Below, one piece after another: positions 39,753-47,793 of a DNA stretch of 64,000 nt. The stretch covers positions 13,232 through 77,231 of the forward strand of contig JAGASX010000014.1 of NCBI GenBank assembly GCA_017621525.1. The letters are read 5' to 3'. The first letter of the stretch is position 1, and each line of letters begins with the position of its first letter. The stretch comes from Clostridia bacterium. Lineage in GTDB: Bacteria; Bacillota; Clostridia; Christensenellales; UBA1242. The notes under the pieces are model-generated. The model ran no database searches. It worked only from the letters and a program-made list of their open reading frames with translations, and was not told the origin of the DNA. A program made the position numbers and the translations under genes.

Positions 39753-39785
39753 CAAGGCGTATGCTTTGACGGAAGGAGTTAATAT

Positions 39786-41579
39786 ATGAAACTTAAAACC
39801 AAATTATGTTCAACAATTGTTATGTTCTGCCTCACCATTGTTACACTTATGGTGGGTGTTTGGGCTGTAAAAAGTGCAAACGTAAACATTGGCGGTACAC
39901 TTTCCTTTGTCGCACAAGGTATAGAGGCAACAATTTCCAAAGGCACCATGTCAAACGGCACTTGGCAAACCGCCTCCCACGCAACAACCAAACTTAAACA
40001 AATTGAAATCACAAAAGCAGACACAACCTCAACCCTTTCAAGTAAATTCTCTTCTTGGTCTGGCATAAACCTCAACTTCAATGAAAATGGGGACGATATA
40101 ACAATTTCTTTCTCAATCACAAACAACTCTGATACAAACTCCATTGCGGTGGACGTTTCAACCAGTTACGCATCAGCAACCAACTGCACAATCGCAATAG
40201 ACACCTCTTCCGCAAGCATAGAGCCTAATAAAACCCAAAACTTCACCCTCACTATGAAAATAACCGATAAAGACATCAACGCATCTATGACCAACTTCAC
40301 CGTAATTTTCAATATGCAACTTGTTCAACCTGCACCACCTGTTGATGCCGAAGATGTTTCCTACCTTACTTTCTCTTATGACGACACAACAATGACTGCA
40401 AGTGTAACTGACTGTGATACATCTATTGCGGAAGCGATAATTCCGGAAAGAGTATTATATAGTGATGCAGTTTATGAAACAGTAAGCATAGGAATCCAAG
40501 CCTTCTATAAATGCACAGGCCTTACCTCAATCACAATCCCGGATAGTGTTACAAGTATAGGAAATAATGCCTTCCTAGATTGCACAGGCCTTACAAGTAT
40601 AAGCGTAGACAGTGAAAATAGTGTATATGACAGCAGAAACAATTGCAATGCAATTATTGAAACGGCAACTAATACTCTTATTCAAGGCTGTAAAAATTCA
40701 ACAATTCCCGACAGTGTAACAAGTATAGGTGAGAGTGCCTTTAATGATTGCACAGGTCTTACCTCAATCACAATACCAAATAGTGTAACAAGTATAGGAG
40801 ATTATGCCTTCACTAGATGCACAGGTCTTACCTCAATTACTATCCCCGATAGCGTAACAAGTATAGGAAATAATGCCTTCTTGTTTTGCGCCGGACTTGC
40901 AAGTGTAACAATTGGCAATGGCGTAACAAGTATGGGTAATGCTGCTTTCCAAGAGTGCTCACAGCTTACTTCAATCACAATACCAAACAGTGTAATAAGT
41001 ATAGGAATTAATGCCTTCTCTGGTTGCACGGGGCTTACAAGCATAAGTGTAGATAGTGGGAATAGTGTATATGACAGCAGAAATAATTGCAATGCAATTA
41101 TAGAAACGTCAACTAATACTCTTATCAAAGGTTCTAACAATTCAACAATTCCTAATACTGTAACAAGTATAGGAGATTCTGCCTTCGATGGTTGCACAGG
41201 GCTTACCTCAATCACAATTCCAGATAGCGTAACAAGTATAGGCGAGTCTGCCTTCCGTGATTGCACAGGACTTACCTCAATTACAATCCCAGATAGCGTA
41301 ACAAGTATAGGAGGTTATGCCTTCTCTGGTTGCACAGGACTTACAAATGTAACAATAGGCAGTGGTGTAACAAGTATAGGAGGTTATGCCTTCTCTGGTT
41401 GCACAAACCTTGCCGAAGTGAATGTAAAAGCAACATCTGTGCCAAATGGGGGGAATAATATGTTCTATAATTGCTCTTCATCGCTTGTGATATATGTACC
41501 AACAGCAAGTGTAAGTGCCTACAAAGCGGCAACATATTGGAAAAATTATTCAAGAAAAATTCAAGGTAAAAGTTTTTAA
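39786..41579 (+). CDS. BspA-type leucine-rich-repeat surface protein with an N-terminal SipW-style signal peptide and TasA-like module
   Basis: N-terminus MKLKTKLCSTIVMFCLTIVTLMVGVWAVKSANVNIGGTLSFVAQ parallels the two small proteins at 56898 and 57622. About 14 repeats of TSITIPDSVTSIG..AF..CTGL. C-terminus IYVPTASVSAYKAA.YWKNY. Confidence 0.88.
   Translation: MKLKTKLCSTIVMFCLTIVTLMVGVWAVKSANVNIGGTLSFVAQGIEATISKGTMSNGTWQTASHATTKLKQIEITKADTTSTLSSKFSSWSGINLNFNENGDDITISFSITNNSDTNSIAVDVSTSYASATNCTIAIDTSSASIEPNKTQNFTLTMKITDKDINASMTNFTVIFNMQLVQPAPPVDAEDVSYLTFSYDDTTMTASVTDCDTSIAEAIIPERVLYSDAVYETVSIGIQAFYKCTGLTSITIPDSVTSIGNNAFLDCTGLTSISVDSENSVYDSRNNCNAIIETATNTLIQGCKNSTIPDSVTSIGESAFNDCTGLTSITIPNSVTSIGDYAFTRCTGLTSITIPDSVTSIGNNAFLFCAGLASVTIGNGVTSMGNAAFQECSQLTSITIPNSVISIGINAFSGCTGLTSISVDSGNSVYDSRNNCNAIIETSTNTLIKGSNNSTIPNTVTSIGDSAFDGCTGLTSITIPDSVTSIGESAFRDCTGLTSITIPDSVTSIGGYAFSGCTGLTNVTIGSGVTSIGGYAFSGCTNLAEVNVKATSVPNGGNNMFYNCSSSLVIYVPTASVSAYKAATYWKNYSRKIQGKSF
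40470..41420 (+). repeat. Intragenic tandem LRR-coding repeats (about 69-bp / 23-codon units, plus one roughly 140-bp duplication)
   Basis: Recurrent ACAAGTATAGG...GCCTTC...TGCACAGG(C/T)CTTACCTCAATCACAAT(A/C)CC units. SISVDSENSVYDSRNNCNAIIETATNTLIQG (about 40.60 kb) is duplicated as SISVDSGNSVYDSRNNCNAIIETSTNTLIKG (about 41.04 kb). Confidence 0.9.
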
Positions 41580-41583
41580 ATAA

Positions 41584-41611
41584 AAGCGGGTTTTTAATAA
41601 CCTGCTTTTTT
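41584..41611 (+). terminator. Intrinsic terminator of the LRR gene
   Basis: AGCGGGT-ttttaataa-ACCTGCT (one mismatch) plus T6. Confidence 0.7.
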
Positions 41612-41616
41612 GATTG

Positions 41617-41787
41617 TGAGCCTCTTCCGCCAACCTGGGGAGGCACCAAACAAGTTTAGCGCGGGCACGGCAGAGATAAACTCGTGCCTAACCGCTACTT
41701 GTTCGGTTCCCCGTCCCAATCTCCCTCCCTCATAAGGACGCACTTACGTGCGATTGACTTGCACCTTCCCCGGTTTCGGGGAAGGCA
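41617..41787 (-). repeat. Type-A module copy A13 (inverted) with a roughly 125-nt insertion (module H2) at the hairpin-2 position
   Basis: On the minus strand it reads AAGCCTTCCCCGAAACCGGGGAAGGTG-[insert]-GCGGAAGAGGCTCA. Insert 41636-41730 is homologous to 900-1000 (CGCGGGCACG...CTAACCGCTA...TCGGTT.CCC..CCCAAT..CCCT). Confidence 0.85.
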
Positions 41788-41814
41788 AGAACCTAAGGAA
41801 GATTTTTTATAATA

Positions 41815-41845
41815 CACAAAAAAAGCAGAGGACTTCCTCTGCTGA
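41815..41845 (-). terminator. Intrinsic terminator of the SRP RNA gene
   Basis: AGCAGAGG-actt-CCTCTGCT (41824-41843) followed on the minus strand by a T-run. Confidence 0.8.
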
Positions 41846-42124
41846 ATGTTCAAGGTCGGGCATCTCGGGTTGATAGAGTTTTACCAACTGCCTCGTGTGT
41901 ATTACGCTCCACCAAAGCCACCTTATGGCACACCAAAAGGTCCTTTTAATGATGCTCCCGTCAGGGCCTGACATGGTTCAAGGGTTTTGATTGCATAAGA
42001 CCTTGATTTCATCACGCAAAGCACACGCACATTTTTGACAAAACTAAACCGCGCCGAGCATTCAACCCCACATATAGCGGATTGTGGGTACAGAGCACCG
42101 CTAACTCTCCGTTTAGCCCGATAT
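41846..42124 (-). ncRNA. ffs: Signal recognition particle RNA, long Bacillus-type (scRNA) with Alu domain
   Basis: The minus strand reads ...GGAGAGTTAGCGGTGCTCTGTACCCACAATCCGCT... (Alu domain, compare B. subtilis GGGGAGGTAGCGGTGCCCTGTACCTGCAATCCGCT). It also reads GAACCATGTCAGGCCCTGACGGGAGCATCATTAA (domain IV, compare GAACCATGTCAGGTCCGGAAGGAAGCAGCATTAA). 5' TCGGGC pairs with 3' GCCCGA. Promoter is TTGCAA-17-TATCAT just upstream. Confidence 0.88.
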
Positions 42125-42205
42125 ATGAATGATAGCATACTGCGAAAAATTTTGCAAGAAAAAAAACATTTTTGATGATAAAAAAATAAAATTAAATATA
42201 ATCAG

Positions 42206-42235
42206 TTGTAATTTTTTGACAGATTATGTTACAAT
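42206..42235 (+). promoter_or_regulatory. Probable SigA promoter (extended -10) driving the long repeat-built leader
   Basis: TTGTAA (42206-42211), 18 nt, TGtTACAAT (42227-42235). Confidence 0.5.
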
Positions 42236-42295
42236 GTCCTTATAAAAGCCTCGTGTAAGACCGCGGGAAGTGCCTTATAGGGGCGGTGGGTGTCA

Positions 42296-42568
42296 AAGCC
42301 TTCCCTTGGGGGAAGGTGTCGCCTTGGCGACGGAAGAGGGACAACTTTAAGTGAAGAGTGAAAAGTGAAGAGTGAAAAGGTGAGCACGCTCCGCTAAACA
42401 AGTTAAGCCTTCCCCTTTGGCCGTAGGAAGGTGCCCGCAGGGCGGAAGAGGCTCATACAAAAGCCTTCCCTTGGGGGAAGGTGTCGCCTTGGCGACGGAA
42501 GAGGGACAACTTCAAGTGAAGAGTGAAAAGTGAAAAGGTAAGTCCGTTGGACTTGCGGAAGAGGCTCA
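42296..42568 (+). repeat. Array A2-B4-(C-like)-A3-A4-B5 of GC-rich modules
   Basis: A2 42296-42340 and A4 42461-42505 are identical (hairpin 2 TCGCC-tt-GGCGA). A3 42405-42455 is identical to A7 at 55579. B4 42341-42384. B5 42506-42542. The 9-nt CGGAAGAGG is duplicated at 42496-42504 and 42556-42564. Confidence 0.95.
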
Positions 42569-42649
42569 TGGTGGAACAAATAAAAATAGAAAATTTAGAA
42601 AAGACTAACGATAGTCGCCCAGCGTAAGGCTGGTAAGAAGGAAATATTT
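42569..42649 (+). promoter_or_regulatory. Module G copy 2: 5' UTR/SD immediately upstream of the HEPN-CBS gene
   Basis: TGGTGGAACAAATAAAA...GACTAACGATAGTCGCCCAGCGTAAGGCTGGTAAGAAGGAAATATTT then ATG. Homologous to 38980-39062. Confidence 0.75.
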
Positions 42650-43381
42650 ATGGCAGACAAAACACAAAAAACAAATTCAAAAAGATTTTTGGACGCATAC
42701 AACAGCATTGACTATGCACTTAAAACAAGGTATGGCTTAAACAGAGCTATGGGCTTTTCTGACCTTATCCGCAAAAGCGTTGTCAACAATTACGTAGTGC
42801 GTAAATATGAAGATGACCTTATCGATTTTGGCAGACTTCGCAATGCCATTGTGCATAACAGCAATGAAAATTTTGTAATTGCCGAGCCTCATGATGAGGT
42901 TGTTGCCCAAATAGAGCACATTGAAAAACTGCTTACCACTCCACCAAAGGTGTTGGATACTGTTGGACAACGCGATGTTCTCACTTCACAGGCAGGCAAA
43001 AGCATGAGGGAAATTATCACCCTTATGTCATCATCAAATTACAGCAACATTCCAATTTACCGTGGGCAAGACCTTTTGGGCATTGCCAATGGTCAAAAAA
43101 TTATCAACTCTTTTGGTCAATATCTGCTTGCAGGGGGCAAAGCCGATGTTTTTCTTGACCATGTGCAAATTGAAGATATGCTTTCTTCCCTTGCCAACAG
43201 CATATATTATGTTGTAAAGCGTGCCGACTGCACAATTGAAGAGGCGCTTAATGAATTTAACAACAACCACAAACTTCTTGCCATACTTTTCACCAAAAAC
43301 GGCACTTCAAATGAATTGCCTGTGGGGATTATGACAGGTGCAAACTTTGTTGACGCACAAAATGTGCTTGAAAACTATTAA
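42650..43381 (+). CDS. HEPN-like (RNxxxH) domain fused to a CBS pair
   Basis: The N-terminal about 95 aa are helical with FGRLRNAIVHN (the R-N-x3-H HEPN signature). The C-terminus has two CBS motifs (MREIITLMSSSNYSNIPIYRGQDLLGIANGQKII; IEEALNEFNNNHKLLAILFTKNGTSNELPVGIMTGANFV). Confidence 0.7.
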   Translation: MADKTQKTNSKRFLDAYNSIDYALKTRYGLNRAMGFSDLIRKSVVNNYVVRKYEDDLIDFGRLRNAIVHNSNENFVIAEPHDEVVAQIEHIEKLLTTPPKVLDTVGQRDVLTSQAGKSMREIITLMSSSNYSNIPIYRGQDLLGIANGQKIINSFGQYLLAGGKADVFLDHVQIEDMLSSLANSIYYVVKRADCTIEEALNEFNNNHKLLAILFTKNGTSNELPVGIMTGANFVDAQNVLENY

Positions 43382-43386
43382 AATGC

Positions 43387-43415
43387 TTGACAATGTTTGT
43401 TTAAAGTTTTAAAAT
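43387..43415 (+). promoter_or_regulatory. SigA promoter for the ileS T-box leader
   Basis: TTGACA (43387-43392), 17 nt, TAAAAT (43410-43415). Confidence 0.7.
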
Positions 43416-43424
43416 ACAATTGTA

Positions 43425-43669
43425 ACTTAAAAAAGCGTTGATGAAAGACAACACCTTTTCTGTTTATCCGCACAGAGAATTGCCGGTTGGTGTAAGGCAA
43501 TGGGAGGGCGAAAAAGGTTATCACTTTCGGAGTTGCATTTGCGAAGTTAAGTAGCAATTGCCGGGACTTCCCGTAACAGAAGGGGTGGGTGATTGCCCGC
43601 TGAAAAAAGACTGCAAGTGGTATATAAAGCCGTAATTTAGGGTTCTTGTATCTTAAATTGCGGTTTTTT
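43425..43669 (+). promoter_or_regulatory. T-box riboswitch leader, Ile specifier (AUC)
   Basis: GA/K-turn start GTTGATGAAAG, AGAGA box (CACAGAGAA), distal-loop GGTGTAA, candidate specifier ATC-A at about 43518-43521, UGGU acceptor-pairing element in AAGTGGTAT. Terminator CCGTAATTTAGG...CTTAAATTGCGG plus T6 (43629-43669). Upstream of ileS. Confidence 0.72.
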
Positions 43670-43720
43670 GTTTATAAAAACGCTTAAAACAACAAAATTC
43701 ACTTTGATTAGGAGGAAATT

Positions 43721-46700
43721 ATGTATAAAAAAGTGGAGGCAAAACTTGACTTTGTTGCCAATGAACAAAGGGTTTTAAAATTTTGGGAAGAGAACAATAT
43801 CATCAAAAAGGGGCTGGAACTTAACAAAAACAGCGACAAAACTTTTGTTTTGCATGACGGCCCACCAACCGCCAACGGCAAACCACATATTGGGCACGTT
43901 CTTACCCGCGCAATGAAAGACGTTATCCCTCGTTTTAAGGCAATGAAGGGGCATTATATCTTCCGCAAAGCCGGCTGGGATACTCACGGACTGCCTGTTG
44001 AGGTTGAAGTTGAAAAGAAACTTGGTTTCAATGGCAAAAAAGACATAGAAAACTATGGCGTGGATAAGTTTATTGAACTTTGCAAGGGCTCGGTTTGGGA
44101 ATACAAATCCATGTGGGAAGATTTGACCAAAAAAATTGGCTATTGGGTGGATATGGACAACCCTTATATTACCTATGACAACAACTATATAGAGTCTGTT
44201 TTCTGGGCGCTTAAAGAAATGGATAAAAAGGGGCTTATCTATCAAGGCCATAAGGTTGTGCCATATTGCCCACGCTGTGGCACCTCACTTTCAAAGGCAG
44301 AACTTGAAAATGGGGATAACTATAAAAACCTTAAAGAAAATTCGGTTTTTGTTAAATTTGCATCAGCAGAAGAAGCAAACACATACTTCCTTGTTTGGAC
44401 AACCACACCTTGGACACTTCCTTCAAACGTAGCCCTTTGTATGAATCCAAATGAAGTGTACGCAAAAGTAGAAGCGGACGGCACAAAATATATCATGCTT
44501 GAAAAACTTCTTCCAACACTTTTTGAAGAGGGCAGTTTTAAGGTTTTGGAACGCAAAACAGGCAAAGAATATGAATATCACAAATATCTTCCTCTTTTTG
44601 ATTACGCAAAAGATATTGTAAAAACAGGCTATTTTGTAACAGTTGACGACTATGTAACCACCGAGGACGGAACAGGCATTGTTCACATTGCCCCTGCATT
44701 TGGTGAAGATGACGCCCTTGTCGGCAAAAAATATGGCATAGATTTTGTTCAATTTGTTGATAAATATGGCAAAATGACAGAAGAAACAGAGTTTGCTGGC
44801 CTTTTTGCCAAAGATGCAGACAAACTTGTTATTGAAAAACTTGAAAAAGATGGCAAAATGTTTAAGGTGCTTCCGTTTGAGCACTCTTACCCACACTGCT
44901 GGCGTTGCAAAAGCCCACTTCTTTACTATGCACAAGATGCTTGGTTTGTAAAAACCACCGCAATTCGCGACCAACTTGTTGCAAACAATCAAGAAATTTA
45001 TTGGCTTCCAGACCATATCAAAAATGGCAGAATGGGCAACTTCCTTGCCAACAACATTGATTGGAATATCAGCCGAAACCGTTTCTGGGGCACACCTCTT
45101 CCTTTCTGGAAGTGTGAATGTGGGCATATTCACGTGATTGGCAGTGTTGCAGAACTTAAAGAACTTTCTGGCGTAACCGGCGACCTTGACCTTCACAAAC
45201 CAACACTTGATAAAATAACATTCCCATGCCCACGCTGTGGCAAACAGATGACACGCACACCAGAAGTTATGGATTGCTGGTTTGACAGCGGTTCTATGCC
45301 ATTTGCACAATACCACTACCCATTTGAAAATAAGGAAACTTTTGAAAAGGCGTTCTGTGCCGACTATATCAGTGAGGGCATAGACCAAACTCGTGGCTGG
45401 TTTAACACACTTCTTTCGGTAAACACCGCAGTTTTTGGCAAGGCACCATTCAAAGCCTGCAACGTGCTTGGACTTGTGCTTGACAAAAACGGATTAAAAA
45501 TGAGCAAAAGTCTTAAAAATGGTGTTGACCCTTGGGAAGTGCTTGAAAAATATGGTGCAGACGGCGTAAGATGGTATTTTATGTCTTGCTGTAACCCAGC
45601 ACAAGGCCTGCCTTTCATTGAAGAAAACCTTGTTGACCTGCAAAGAAAATTTATGGGAACACTTTGGAATGTTTACTATTTCTATGTGCTTTACGCAGAA
45701 ATTGACCAAATAGACCCAACAAAATATTCACTATCAGACTGCAAACTTTCATTCCTTGATAAGTGGCTGTTGTCAGACTTTAACGCACTTATAAAAGAGG
45801 TTGACGCAGGGCTTGAAAAATATGATATGCAGTCGCCAGCACGCGCAATCAGCGAATTTGTGGATAAACTTTCAAATTGGTATATCCGCCGTTCTCGTGA
45901 ACGCTTCTGGGGCAGTGAAGAAACCGATGATAAACGCTCTGCATACAAAACCCTTTACGAGGTGCTTGTTGGGCTTGCAAAACTTGTTGCACCATTTGTT
46001 CCATTTATTGCAGAAGAAATTTATCAAAACCTTGTAAGAAGTCTTGATAAAACAGCACCAGAAAGCGTGCACTTTTCATCTTACCCTGTTGCAGATGAAA
46101 AGATGATTGATTTTTCACTTAACGAAGGCATGAACAAGGTGCTTGACATTGTGCTTTTGGGCAGAACATCACGCAGTGCAAGCGGGGTTAAAAATCGTCA
46201 ACCACTTTCAAAGGTTATGATTTGCTCGGCTGAAAAAATTGAACTTAATGAAGAACTTGCATCTCTTGTTAAAGATGAACTTAATGTTCTTGATATAGAA
46301 TTTTTGCATGACGCCGACGAGTATGTGTCTTATGAACTTAAACCTCAACTTAAAACTTTAGGGCCTAAATACGGCAAAAATCTTGGTGCAATCCGTGAAT
46401 TTTTGGCAAAAACCAACGCAAATGAGGCTGTTCGCAAGGTTAAATCGGGCGAGGTGCTTTCATTTGAGGCAAACGGACAGACAATTGAAATTGGCGAGGC
46501 TGACCTTTTAATTGCCCTTAAAAACAAAGAAGGTTACGCAAGCGACAGCAATGGAAACATCACTGTTGTGCTTGACACCACTCTTGACCAAAATCTTATC
46601 AATTTGGGCACTGTCAGCGAATTTGTAAGCAAGGTGCAAAACTTGCGTAAAGACAGCGGACTTGAAGTTACAAATCATATTGCCCTTGAAGTGAGCGGTG

Positions 46701-46852
46701 ATGAAAGTCTTGTTGAAGTTGTTATGAATTCAAAAGAAGAAATTGCCAAAACTGTGCTTGCAGATACCTTTATAAAAGGAAATAATGGCGATTATTCAAC
46801 AGAACTTGTCATTGGCGAGAAAAAACTTGTTGCATACATTTGCAAAATTTAA
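43721..46852 (+). CDS. ileS: Isoleucyl-tRNA synthetase (type 2, 1043 aa)
   Basis: HIGH motif PPTANGKPHIGH, KMSKS as LKMSKSLKN, CP1 editing region, zinc-binding CPRCG/CWRC motifs. Confidence 0.97.
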   Translation: MYKKVEAKLDFVANEQRVLKFWEENNIIKKGLELNKNSDKTFVLHDGPPTANGKPHIGHVLTRAMKDVIPRFKAMKGHYIFRKAGWDTHGLPVEVEVEKKLGFNGKKDIENYGVDKFIELCKGSVWEYKSMWEDLTKKIGYWVDMDNPYITYDNNYIESVFWALKEMDKKGLIYQGHKVVPYCPRCGTSLSKAELENGDNYKNLKENSVFVKFASAEEANTYFLVWTTTPWTLPSNVALCMNPNEVYAKVEADGTKYIMLEKLLPTLFEEGSFKVLERKTGKEYEYHKYLPLFDYAKDIVKTGYFVTVDDYVTTEDGTGIVHIAPAFGEDDALVGKKYGIDFVQFVDKYGKMTEETEFAGLFAKDADKLVIEKLEKDGKMFKVLPFEHSYPHCWRCKSPLLYYAQDAWFVKTTAIRDQLVANNQEIYWLPDHIKNGRMGNFLANNIDWNISRNRFWGTPLPFWKCECGHIHVIGSVAELKELSGVTGDLDLHKPTLDKITFPCPRCGKQMTRTPEVMDCWFDSGSMPFAQYHYPFENKETFEKAFCADYISEGIDQTRGWFNTLLSVNTAVFGKAPFKACNVLGLVLDKNGLKMSKSLKNGVDPWEVLEKYGADGVRWYFMSCCNPAQGLPFIEENLVDLQRKFMGTLWNVYYFYVLYAEIDQIDPTKYSLSDCKLSFLDKWLLSDFNALIKEVDAGLEKYDMQSPARAISEFVDKLSNWYIRRSRERFWGSEETDDKRSAYKTLYEVLVGLAKLVAPFVPFIAEEIYQNLVRSLDKTAPESVHFSSYPVADEKMIDFSLNEGMNKVLDIVLLGRTSRSASGVKNRQPLSKVMICSAEKIELNEELASLVKDELNVLDIEFLHDADEYVSYELKPQLKTLGPKYGKNLGAIREFLAKTNANEAVRKVKSGEVLSFEANGQTIEIGEADLLIALKNKEGYASDSNGNITVVLDTTLDQNLINLGTVSEFVSKVQNLRKDSGLEVTNHIALEVSGDESLVEVVMNSKEEIAKTVLADTFIKGNNGDYSTELVIGEKKLVAYICKI

Positions 46853-46865
46853 TATTTAATAAAAC

Positions 46866-46905
46866 AAAATAGCAGGTTTAGTGCTTGCTATTTTGCTTTT
46901 TTTTT
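46866..46905 (+). terminator. Intrinsic terminator after ileS
   Basis: AATAGCAG...CT(T)GCTATT hairpin followed by a long T-run. Confidence 0.6.
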
Positions 46906-46941
46906 GTTACAATCAACATATAAAATTTTTTGAGGTGTACA

Positions 46942-47793
46942 TTGAAAATTGCAAATGATTGGCAGGAATACAAAGTTCTTGCAACCGGCGACGGTGAAAA
47001 ACTTGAAAAATGGGGGAAATATACGCTTTTAAGACCAGACCCACAGGTTATTTGGCATCCACAAACCCAATTAAGCGGTTACAAGGGGCTTGACGCACAC
47101 TATATTCGCTCATCTTCTGGCGGTGGCGGGTGGAAATTCTTTTCACGCGTGCCAGAGCAGTGGCAGGTTTCTTGGAGGGATATTAAATTCATCATCAAAC
47201 CAATGGGTTTTAAACACACCGGTCTTTTCCCAGAACAGGCTGTTAATTGGAATGACCTTACAAACGCCATAAAAGGTGCGGGTAGAGAAATAAAGGTGCT
47301 AAACCTGTTTGCCTACACCGGCGGTGCAAGCGTGGTTTGTGCAAAAGCGGGCGCAAAAGTTACCCACGTTGACGCAAGCAAAGGCATGGTAGAGCGTGCA
47401 AAAGAAAATGCACAACTAAATGGAATAAACACCATTCGATATATTATAGACGACTGCAAAAAGTTTATTGAAAGGGAAATTCGACGTGGCAACCGCTATG
47501 ACGGAATAATTATGGATCCACCAAGTTATGGCAGAGGTACAAATGGTGAAATGTGGAAGTTGGAGGATAACCTTTTTGATTTTGTAGAACTTACAAAGCA
47601 AGTTTTAAGCGACAATCCACTTTTTGTGCTTATTTCATCATATACAACAGGCTTGCAGGCAAGCGTGCTGTCAAATATTCTAACACTAATTTTTGGTGAG
47701 GGCAACATTGATGCCGATGAAATAGGGCTTCCAACTGATGAAAAAATAATACTCCCATGTGGGGCAAGAGGGCTGAAATTATGGAAAAATTGA
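46942..47793 (+). CDS. Class I SAM-dependent (RlmI/RlmK-like) methyltransferase
   Basis: VLNLFAYTGGASV (motif I), HVDASKGMV, IIMDPPSYGRG (motif IV). GAGGTG RBS before TTG 46942. The track start at 46930 overlaps the RBS. Confidence 0.75.
   Translation: MKIANDWQEYKVLATGDGEKLEKWGKYTLLRPDPQVIWHPQTQLSGYKGLDAHYIRSSSGGGGWKFFSRVPEQWQVSWRDIKFIIKPMGFKHTGLFPEQAVNWNDLTNAIKGAGREIKVLNLFAYTGGASVVCAKAGAKVTHVDASKGMVERAKENAQLNGINTIRYIIDDCKKFIEREIRRGNRYDGIIMDPPSYGRGTNGEMWKLEDNLFDFVELTKQVLSDNPLFVLISSYTTGLQASVLSNILTLIFGEGNIDADEIGLPTDEKIILPCGARGLKLWKN

Noticed and set aside
42216-42235. TTGACA at 42216-42221 as the -35 box for the leader promoter.
   Set aside because: It lies only 8 nt from the TACAAT -10 box. 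The upstream TTGTAA with an 18-nt spacer and the TG extension is the workable geometry.
42530-42545. AAAAG|GTAAGT at the end of module B is a perfect eukaryotic 5' splice-site consensus.
   Set aside because: Every other feature of the window is bacterial. Other B copies end in GGTGAG, GGTGTG or GGTAAC, and no intron logic is evident, so this is a coincidence.
42600-42632. Possible guanidine-II (mini-ykkC) riboswitch, because of the GACTA-ACGA-TAGTC hairpin with an ACGR loop.
   Set aside because: The second hairpin has a GTAAG loop, not ACGR. The first stem is not maintained in the other copy (38.99-39.03 kb), and the downstream genes are not guanidine-related.
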